A stretch of DNA of 62,526 bases. Origin: an uncultured archaeon. Its GTDB lineage: Archaea; Thermoplasmatota; E2; DHVEG-1. A model generated the notes under the pieces. It made no database searches. It had not been told where the DNA came from and was given only the letters and a program-made list of their open reading frames with translations. The position numbers and the translations under genes are program-made. Each line of letters starts with the position of its first letter. Within the stretch, counting starts at the first letter, position 1. The stretch covers positions 1 through 62,526 of the forward strand of contig CABMCU010000058.1 of assembly GCA_902384685.1 (NCBI GenBank). Reading direction: 5' to 3'. Positions 47,975 to 55,122 of the stretch are shown piece by piece.

Positions 47975-48166
47975 TTATTTGTCTGTTTCTTCTCGGCGGA
48001 ATAATACCTTACAGTGTTCTTCGAATGCAGGCATTGTTTCAACCGTATCCCAGTCAAGATTAAATCGATGCATGAACAACATTAACTCTTCATCTGATGA
48101 TATTACTTTTTTGGTCATAAGATCCATACAGCTAACTTCTTCAGGGTCAGCAATCTCGTCGTTCAT
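47975..48166 (-). CDS. Small acidic hypothetical protein
   Basis: 63-aa ORF, no recognised motif. Confidence 0.3.
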   Translation of the reverse strand: MNDEIADPEEVSCMDLMTKKVISSDEELMLFMHRFNLDWDTVETMPAFEEHCKVLFRREETDK

Positions 48167-48251
48167 ATGTCCTCACGAGTTATCAAACACGGCTAGTACT
48201 TATAAACCTTTCTTTTAATTAAAAAAAAAGAAAAAAGAAGAACCAAGGATT

Positions 48252-48437
48252 TTATTTCTTTTTCAAGTATGGGAGACTAGTTCTCTTGTTGACACCAACA
48301 GCGTACCCATTTGGTAAATCACAAGGAGTTCCACTTTTTGGTGATCGTTTACTGAAGAAATAGATCGTTTGTTTACGTCCACCTTTCAAATTGACATTAC
48401 GGGTGTACAACGTCCATCCTTCATAGTTGTATGCCAT
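48252..48437 (-). CDS. Small basic conserved hypothetical protein
   Basis: MAYNYEGWTLYTRNVNLKGGRKQTIYFFSKRSPKSGTPCDLPNGYAVGVNKRTSLPYLKKK. Strong AGGAGGTG RBS 6 nt upstream of ATG 48437. Confidence 0.6.
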   Translation of the reverse strand: MAYNYEGWTLYTRNVNLKGGRKQTIYFFSKRSPKSGTPCDLPNGYAVGVNKRTSLPYLKKK

Positions 48438-48620
48438 GACACACCTCCTATTGTACATGATATCCAATTTTGTGATTTAAATCTTCTTCTTGTTACTCCC
48501 TTATTTTTTTTATTTTATCAAAATAAATCAACAGAAGAATGTTTGATAAAAAAGATTATGAATAATGAATTTATGTCTACCACACACCAGACACATAAAT
48601 CTAAGAGAAGGTCATAGAAT

Positions 48621-48692
48621 GCGGATGTGATCTAGTGGTTATGATTGAGGCCCTCCAAGCCTCTTGCCCGGGTTCGAATCCCGGCGTCCGCA
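48621..48692 (+). tRNA. tRNA-Gly (anticodon UCC by hand folding)
   Basis: Acceptor GCGGATG/CGTCCGC, anticodon stem GAGGC/GCCTC with loop CCTCCAA, T-arm CCCGGGTTCGAATCCCGG. No encoded CCA. TATA-like ACATAAATC ~25 nt upstream. Confidence 0.8.
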
Positions 48693-48715
48693 TCTCTGTA
48701 TTCCATCAATTGTCT

Positions 48716-48833
48716 GCAGGGGTAGCCAAGCATGGCCAACGGCGCAGGACTTAAGATCAAAACACAAGAAAGGTTCGTGTGATGAGACATCCTGTCTCGC
48801 AGGAGTCCGAGGGTTCAAATCCCTTCCCCTGCA
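48716..48833 (+). tRNA. tRNA-Leu (anticodon UAA) with a 33-nt intron at the canonical 37/38 position
   Basis: Acceptor GCAGGGG/CCCCTGC, loop CTTAAG then intron 48756-48788, resuming A-TCCTG. Long variable arm, T-arm GAGGGTTCAAATCCCTTC. Confidence 0.85.
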
Positions 48834-48834
48834 C
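48811..48834 (+). repeat. Direct repeat copy 1 (3' end of tRNA-Leu): GGGTTCAAATCCCTTCCCCTGCAC
   Basis: Identical 24-mer occurs again at 49797-49820. Confidence 0.9.
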
Positions 48835-48997
48835 TTATTTCATCCTTACATAAAAAGTTAAGTTCTCCACCAGCAACAACCACAAAAGAGATTCTCTTTT
48901 AAGTCAGAGAGATTTTTCGTACCAACTTAAAGATTTTCTAAAAAAAGCTTATCCTTATGAACTTCAAAAACAATGCCGGATTCATGGATGAACAGGT

Positions 48998-49726
48998 ATG
49001 CGCTCCCGGTACGTACGAAAACCAGCATTGCGTCGCGTTGTAACCCTTCTTGATTATACGAAATGCAGGGTTCAACGTCTTCTCAGACACAGCTGGACAG
49101 ACCTTTCAGCTTGGACACTTGTCCTTACCAACATGATTACCATATCAGCTGCATTCCTCGAGCATTGGTCGTTTTCTACGATCATTTGGGTGTACTGGTG
49201 TCAAATCCTTATCATCGGGGTCTTTGCATTCTTGCGTACCATCGCGCTTACAGACCTCTCCTTAACCGGGGTCAATCGGATTCGTCTTCGATTCACTCTA
49301 AAGGGGAAGCTGCGAGCAGGGGCTTTTTTCCTCGCCCACTTCACGGTCATCCAGCTGTGTCTGACCTTCGTGCTTTGGCTGGTTATTGGGCCGGTAACCA
49401 GCGTAAACGGAACTATTTTGCTGTTCACTTCCCTGATGTTCTTCACCAATCATCTGTTTTCCTACATTTATAATAAAAAGAGGGAACGGGTGGTCCACAA
49501 GAATCTCGGGTTCGCTGTTCTTCGACCGTACCTCAGGATGCTACCTCTCTTTGTCGCATTTCTGTTCGCTGGTATCATCATTGCCTCGTTGTATCTTAGC
49601 CGTGAGGCACAGCTGGAACCGGTCGGATACCTCGTGCTCTTCGTGATGAAGACCTGCGCGGATGTCATCGCGCATAACCTGGAACACTCCCCACCTACGC
49701 AATGGAAAATTAGAAAATTTTCTTAG
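48998..49726 (+). CDS. Polytopic membrane protein, hypothetical (compositionally foreign)
   Basis: 242 aa with ~6 hydrophobic helices. Noticeably higher GC than neighbouring genes. Confidence 0.6.
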   Translation: MRSRYVRKPALRRVVTLLDYTKCRVQRLLRHSWTDLSAWTLVLTNMITISAAFLEHWSFSTIIWVYWCQILIIGVFAFLRTIALTDLSLTGVNRIRLRFTLKGKLRAGAFFLAHFTVIQLCLTFVLWLVIGPVTSVNGTILLFTSLMFFTNHLFSYIYNKKRERVVHKNLGFAVLRPYLRMLPLFVAFLFAGIIIASLYLSREAQLEPVGYLVLFVMKTCADVIAHNLEHSPPTQWKIRKFS

Positions 49727-49796
49727 TCAGTGCTATTTATCAGATTACTCGTTTGAATGGAGTGTTTACTGGTAAAATCGTGTTCTCTTCCCGACG

Positions 49797-49820
49797 GGGT
49801 TCAAATCCCTTCCCCTGCAC
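49797..49820 (+). repeat. Direct repeat copy 2 (orphan tRNA-Leu 3' end)
   Basis: Exact 24-nt match to 48811-48834. No upstream tRNA body. Confidence 0.9.
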
Positions 49821-49892
49821 ATTTATCTTTTATTAGTGGAATATATTAAATTTTTATCAGAAAAAATATGTTAAAATTTATTGTTTTAATTT

Positions 49893-50852
49893 TTATGATT
49901 TCGGGTGATCCTTAAAAAAATCCCATATTAAATCAGTAGCAGAAATTTCTATCGTTGGAACATCTCCATTTCTCCAACCGATCTTTCCTCCAGGCCACGA
50001 ATGAGTACCATTGACAATGGTATATAATACAACTTCAGTGTTATTCAATCCTCCAGCATACAAATCCATAATAATATTACCAGATTCACTTCTATTTCTC
50101 TGAGGGAACGCATCACATTGATTATGGTTAACAAAAAAAGAAATTGAATCATTGACACTCAAATAACTAAATGCTCCTTTAGTATCATTAGCAGTTGGTA
50201 TTCCTCCATCATAAGGAACTCTACTATCATTTTTACCATGAAAAACAATCACAGAAATTGGATAATCGGGCTCAGGGATACACCAAATCGAATCTTCCTC
50301 AGTTGCCTGTCCACCTATTGATCCTGCAACAGGAGCAAACGCAGCAAAAATATCAGAAAGCTCTGCACCAAGACGATAACTCATCATGCCACCGTTTGAC
50401 ATCCCTGTAACATAAATCATATTTCGATTAATAGCATAGTTTTTTTGCAGGTATTCAACCAAAGCTCTAATGAAACCAACATCATCAATATTATTTTCTA
50501 AAGCATACCCACAACAAAAACCACTATTCCAGGTAAGAAGAAAATGATCAAATATACCTGAACCATCAGGATACACAACTATAAAACCCTCTGCATCAGC
50601 TTTTTTTGAAAAACCTGTCAATTCTTCAATATTACCTGCATTCCCTCCCCCTCCATGGAGAACAACAACAAGCGGCATTTGATTTTCTCCATCATATGAA
50701 GGAGGCAAATGAAGAATATATGACCGAGATTGCCCATTGTAATCAAAGAGTTCTCTTTTTGTTAGACAACCTGAGAGAAAAAATGTTCCGATGAAACATG
50801 CAATAACGAAAAATGTAAAAATTATTTTTTTTCTCATAAATATAAGAAACAA
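49893..50852 (-). CDS. Secreted esterase of the PHB-depolymerase/LpqC (COG3509) family, lipoprotein
   Basis: Lipobox FLSGC. LVVVLHGGGGN, WNSGFCCG, nucleophile elbow GMSNGG. Confidence 0.7.
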   Translation of the reverse strand: MFLIFMRKKIIFTFFVIACFIGTFFLSGCLTKRELFDYNGQSRSYILHLPPSYDGENQMPLVVVLHGGGGNAGNIEELTGFSKKADAEGFIVVYPDGSGIFDHFLLTWNSGFCCGYALENNIDDVGFIRALVEYLQKNYAINRNMIYVTGMSNGGMMSYRLGAELSDIFAAFAPVAGSIGGQATEEDSIWCIPEPDYPISVIVFHGKNDSRVPYDGGIPTANDTKGAFSYLSVNDSISFFVNHNQCDAFPQRNRSESGNIIMDLYAGGLNNTEVVLYTIVNGTHSWPGGKIGWRNGDVPTIEISATDLIWDFFKDHPKS

Positions 50853-51134
50853 ATCATATATTAAGTAATTTTACCCAAATTAAACCAAAATCATCTTTTA
50901 CCATAGCTTTCTGAACCTGTTGCCGATGCAGGATAGCGTAGATAAAAAGAAAACGAATGAAATTGTAGACTGGTCAGGATTAGATTATTATCCATAAATC
51001 CTTATAATACCTATAAATTGGAGTTCAAATCACTTCTTTTACACTGCATAATACATTCAATAAATTAGACTATATCTTTTAGATAAATAACTTTTTAAGG
51101 ATAAATCAAATTCTTCTATCAACAAGGAGCGGTT

Positions 51135-51785
51135 ATGGAATCTCGATTGTTGCAAAAACTTGGGGATAAATCAATAACAAAGGATCAACTTTTAGAAAAA
51201 GTAAAACACAACTATGATTTAATTCCTGAACTTCTGAATGGGATTTTATCATCAAAACCCACGATTCGATATGGTTGCGGAAAAATACTTATAGATATAA
51301 GTCAGGAAAAACCAAACAAACTCTATCCTTATATGGATTTCTTTATAAAGCTTTTAGAAAATAAATATAGGATATTAAAATGGAACGCTATCATTATCAT
51401 CGCTAATCTTACAAAAATTGACAAAGAAAATAAATTTGAGTCAATTTTTGAGAAATATTATAGTTTCCTTGAAAACGACTATATGGTTACAGTTGCCAAT
51501 GTAGTTGGTAATTCTGGTAAAATAGTGTTAGCAAAACCGCATCTTACCCAAAAGATAACCGATAAACTGCTCACGGTTGAAAATATATCAACAACACCTC
51601 ATCTCAGTGAAGAATGCAAAAGAGTAATCACTGAACATACAATTAAATCATTTAATATGTTTTTTCAGCAAATAAAACAAAAAGAAAAAGTAATTTCATT
51701 TGTAAAAAAACATCTGAATAGCTCTAGAAAAACACTCCGAACTGAATCTGAGAAGTTTCTTAAAAAATGGGATAACTCTACTTGA
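51135..51785 (+). CDS. Helical-repeat (HEAT/ARM-like) hypothetical protein
   Basis: 216 aa, predicted all-helical by composition. No diagnostic motif. Confidence 0.35.
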   Translation: MESRLLQKLGDKSITKDQLLEKVKHNYDLIPELLNGILSSKPTIRYGCGKILIDISQEKPNKLYPYMDFFIKLLENKYRILKWNAIIIIANLTKIDKENKFESIFEKYYSFLENDYMVTVANVVGNSGKIVLAKPHLTQKITDKLLTVENISTTPHLSEECKRVITEHTIKSFNMFFQQIKQKEKVISFVKKHLNSSRKTLRTESEKFLKKWDNST

Positions 51786-51862
51786 GTCAATAACTTTGAT
51801 AAAAAAAGGACTCTAGTCTCATTGTTGTGTTGTTTAATTTATATTTAAATATTTCTCTGACA

Positions 51863-52795
51863 CTATTTGTTCAGCAGAACTGAGAGGTTTCTTCCTAACT
51901 CTGTATAGTATTCATCGATGTCAATACGCATTAATTTTGTTGCGAGTGTTTTTGGTATAAGTTCTCGAGGTGTCTTTTGTAAAATAATCGATGTTTCTTC
52001 TTCGGTGAAATCGATAGTGTGTTTATCATATTGAAGAAACTTTTTATTTTGAGGACAAACAGTTTGACAGTGCATACACCCGACCAGCGCGTTGTGAGAT
52101 TGCTTACTAACTCATGAGGGAAAATCTCCTTTGTATTCATTTAAATAGGTAAGACAATGGTCTGCATGGATTAAAACACGATCTTTGGGGATACAGTGAG
52201 TAGGACAAGCGTTTTGGCATAAAGAACAGGTTGTGCATGATTTCATGATTTGTTTTTCTTGCCAATTATCGGTTAGAAATTCATAATCCGTGTAAAACGC
52301 TTGTAATCTGGTAAAACTTCCCATTTTGTCAATATAGCAGATATTATTTTTTCCATATTTCGCTAGTCCGCTTTTCACCGCGAGTAGTTTCAAAGGTAGT
52401 ATCGCGTGATCAACAAAATATCCTTTGTTTTCTAAAATTCGGGATAAGATTTCCTTACACGTAGTTCGTATCTTAGAATACACATAGGTTGGTGGGAGAA
52501 TCGTCTGATGTTGTTTCCCTTTATAAAAAAATTCCAACGGTGTAATCTTTTGTGGAATACCAATGACAATAATTGAGCGTGCATTAGGAAGTGTTGTGGG
52601 TGGTTTAAAGGAGAATTGACCGTAATTTTGTTTATAAAATTTTTCAGTAATTAGTCCGTTTCGTTTCCATTCAGATATTTCCATTTTTAAATCTTTTAAA
52701 TGGATAATCGAAACAGTTCTGAATTTTGCATGAAGTTTTTCGAATTCAGATTGTAGCACATCGGTTATAGTTTCCAATCTTACACCTAAAACCAT
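51863..52795 (-). pseudogene. QueG-like (epoxyqueuosine reductase family) 2x[4Fe-4S] protein interrupted by one in-frame TGA
   Basis: CTTCSLCQNACPTHC .. HCLTYLNEYKGDFPS-TGA-VSKQSHNALVGCMHCQTVCPQN. Both pieces are in the same frame (TGA at 52112-52114); about 310 codons in total. Confidence 0.65.
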
Positions 52796-52872
52796 AGAGG
52801 TTAATACATTGTCTCATAAATAAGATTTTCACATTTCACTCGTTTCAGTCCAATAGATTTTTTTTTTATTTC

Positions 52873-53652
52873 CTATAGTATGAAAAGACTCATTGCCATG
52901 AGAGCCATGCCTAAGATAAAACCAAGTATAACGGTATGACTATGGCCATAGCGATGTGCCATAGGAAGTAGTTCATCAATAGAAATGTACACCATGATTC
53001 CTGCGACAAATGCTAATAACGAAGAAAGTAAAGATGGAGATAAAAACGGTAGGAGGATAACAAATCCAATCACGGCACCAACTGGTTCGGCAAGACCAGC
53101 GAGGAACGAGTATCGAAATGCTTTTTTTCTATCACCGGTCGCATAAAACAGTGGGACAGAGACAGAAATACCCTCCGGGATATTGTGAATCGCAATTGCT
53201 AAGGCTATGACAATTCCAAGTCGTTCATCACTAAGAGTGGTTCCAAATGTCGTTAGTCATTCAGGGAAGTTATGAATCGCAATAGCAAGTGCAGTAAACA
53301 ATCCTGTTCTTAAGAGCGCTTTATCGGCATTCAAAGTTAGGACATCGGGCATCTCCTTGTAATGATGAGGGTTTCTTGATTCAGGAATAATCATATCGAT
53401 GAATGCGATAAGTAAAATTCCACAGAAAAAAACAGCCACACTGGTGAATTGTCCGACTGTTGTGACTGATCTCGGTAAAAGCTCCACAAAGGAAACCTAA
53501 ATCATCACGCCAGCAGAAAAACCCAATGAGAACGAAAGGTAAATCGTCTTTGGCTTTTTAATAAAATACGCAATAAGACTCCCAATACCAGTTGAAAGAC
53601 CTGCTAGAAGAGTGAGTAGAAATGCAAATATGATATGCTGTGTAAACTCCAT
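52873..53652 (-). pseudogene. zupT: ZIP-family zinc transporter ZupT interrupted by in-frame TAG and TGA
   Basis: Single 260-codon frame: ..GFSAGVMI-TAG-VSFVELLP.. and ..[31 protein letters not shown].. TAG at 53497-53499, TGA at 53257-53259. No frameshift. Confidence 0.8.
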
Positions 53653-53895
53653 TCGAACCTCATACATTCAGCCTTTTAATAAGTGTTCGTAATATGTTGA
53701 GCTACCGCTCGTGAGTATCCCCCGAACAATATTTTTGGTCGTTTCCCCAACACCTTTGATGGTATTTACTTTACGATGTATTGTTGATAATGGTTCTTGT
53801 AATTGTGAAAGTGATTACGAAGCATATCCAAACGGAAATTTTTTTCCTTCTTTTTTTCAAACGGTGCTAAGTTTATACGTGTGAATAGCATAAGA

Positions 53896-53961
53896 TTTAC
53901 ATGAAATCAAAATATTTTTTACATGAAATAAACATATTTTTTACATGAAATAAACATTGAC
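53896..53961. repeat. Three tandem ~22-bp direct repeats TTTTTACATGAAATAAACAT(A/T)
   Basis: Copies start at about 53896, 53917 and 53939. The last two are identical over 20 nt. Confidence 0.85.
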
Positions 53962-54080
53962 TATACAATTAATAAACATAGAATGTAAATTAAATAAACA
54001 TGGACTCTTAATTGATTTTTACACAGCAATTAAGCATCAAAGCAGATAGAATTTGTATGACAGTTTGAATGTATGTAAAA

Positions 54081-54101
54081 ATATCTTACGTAGTAAGATA
54101 T
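54081..54101. promoter_or_regulatory. Perfect 9-bp-arm palindrome ATATCTTAC-GTA-GTAAGATAT
   Basis: Read directly. ~100 nt upstream of the zinc-finger ORF. Shares TATCTT..AAGATA with the 55084-55116 palindrome. Confidence 0.5.
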
Positions 54102-54200
54102 TTCAAACATGACATAACTCGTTAATGCATTTACTTTGATTGATAGCATCAATTGGCATTATTAAAAAAGTTTTTTAAATGGTTCTCGATAGTTTATATA

Positions 54201-54377
54201 ATGCAAGAATTTGAAAACAAGTATAAATTCAAGAACTATACGAGGATTGGGCAGATGGGGATGCCATTTTACTACGAATGTAACCTATGTAAGCATCGTT
54301 GCCGAACCTACAATGGGATACGTAGTCATATCATTCATCGACACAAATGGCACAAAAAAAATCTATCGGGATATTAA
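54201..54377 (+). CDS. Mini-protein with a single C2H2-type zinc finger (start uncertain: 54153, 54201 or 54255)
   Basis: YECNLCKHRCRTYNGIRSHIIHRH = C-x2-C-x12-H-x4-H. Confidence 0.5.
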   Translation: MQEFENKYKFKNYTRIGQMGMPFYYECNLCKHRCRTYNGIRSHIIHRHKWHKKNLSGY

Positions 54378-54689
54378 GCTCTTTCTTCAGAATAAAGTAT
54401 GCGAGAAGTGGTTAATTTCGGTGAGAAAAAATCATTAAGGAAATCGAATCAACATATGGTGATATGGTTACATCCTTGTATTACAATTACTATCATGTAT
54501 ATTATTTTTTATCTTCACTCTCCATAAATTAACGCGGTTATATTTAATTGAACAGGGGGATATCTTTTTCACTACCCAATTCTTTTTCGTGCGATTGAGC
54601 TTTCAGGAATCATTTCTGGATGAAAATTTAGTAAAAAATACACTCGAAAATACCTCAAATGAAAACATTTTTCGATGAAAAACTCTGGA

Positions 54690-55046
54690 TTACAATTCAC
54701 ATTGTTTACAATCTTGTTGTCCGCATTCCTTATTTTTGTTTTTCCAAAGTAATGACCATTTCTTAATATCTTTGATGATACGAATGAAATCTTTCCCGCT
54801 GTCGGTTAAGGTATATTCACATTTGATGGGAAAACTATTGGTGTCGATATTTTTGTTGATGAGCCCTTGTTTTTGGAGTTCTCGAAGTCTCGTAGAAAGA
54901 ATCTTTGGCGTAATATTAAGAAGATTTTGTTTAAGTTCAGAGTACCGCTTCTTCTCTGGAGTTTTATAGAGTTCTAAAAGAATCAGAAGAGCCCATTTTT
55001 TTGAGATAAAGTCAATGGTTCTGTAGATCGTGCACATTTCGTTCAT
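54690..55046 (-). CDS. HxlR-family winged-helix transcription regulator
   Basis: ..ISKKWALLILLEL..RYSELKQNLLNITPKILSTRLRELQKQGLI..EYTLTDSG.. matches the HxlR pattern. Confidence 0.8.
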   Translation of the reverse strand: MNEMCTIYRTIDFISKKWALLILLELYKTPEKKRYSELKQNLLNITPKILSTRLRELQKQGLINKNIDTNSFPIKCEYTLTDSGKDFIRIIKDIKKWSLLWKNKNKECGQQDCKQCEL

Positions 55047-55083
55047 AGTATCCTTTTAGAAACTATCATCTATAAATATATTT

Positions 55084-55116
55084 GTATCTTTTATATACTA
55101 AGTATAAATAAGATAC
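55084..55116. promoter_or_regulatory. 33-bp near-palindrome GTATCTTTTATATACTAAGTATAAATAAGATAC in the divergent HxlR / Fe-S gene intergenic region
   Basis: By hand alignment, all but 4 of the 32 non-central positions are symmetric. Overlaps TATA-like tracts for both divergent genes. Confidence 0.6.
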
Positions 55117-55122
55117 TAAGTG

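Larger units (their letters stand above)
48835..49820 (+). mobile_element. tRNA-Leu-targeted integrated remnant (~1 kb islet) carrying one GC-rich membrane-protein gene; no integrase
   Basis: Bounded by 24-bp direct repeats of the tRNA 3' end. The interior is visibly GC-richer than its flanks. Confidence 0.55.

Noticed and set aside
49063-49473. 136-aa ORF overlapping the island membrane-protein gene in another frame.
   Set aside because: Long alternative-frame ORFs are expected in the locally GC-rich insert. Its P/R/S/G/H-rich composition is typical of off-frame translation, whereas the 242-aa frame gives clean TM helices.
52112-52114. In-frame TGA in the QueG-like gene (and TGA at 53257 in zupT) as selenocysteine, or as a reassigned Gly/Trp codon.
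   Set aside because: TGA clearly terminates several well-defined genes in this window (DUF167 gene, mre11, pilus ATPase, uvrC). I could see no SECIS-like GC-rich hairpin in the 3' flank, and no sel genes are present. Nonsense mutation is more parsimonious, though only genome-wide analysis can exclude read-through.
53497-53499. In-frame TAG in zupT as pyrrolysine.
   Set aside because: TAG is used as an ordinary stop for nreA (12097-12099) and for the first pilin-like gene (27644-27646). No pyl genes or methylamine methyltransferases are in the window, and a membrane transporter is not a known Pyl protein.
53896-53961. CRISPR array.
   Set aside because: Only three contiguous 22-bp copies with no unique spacers between them, and no cas genes. 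It is a tandem repeat, not a CRISPR array.
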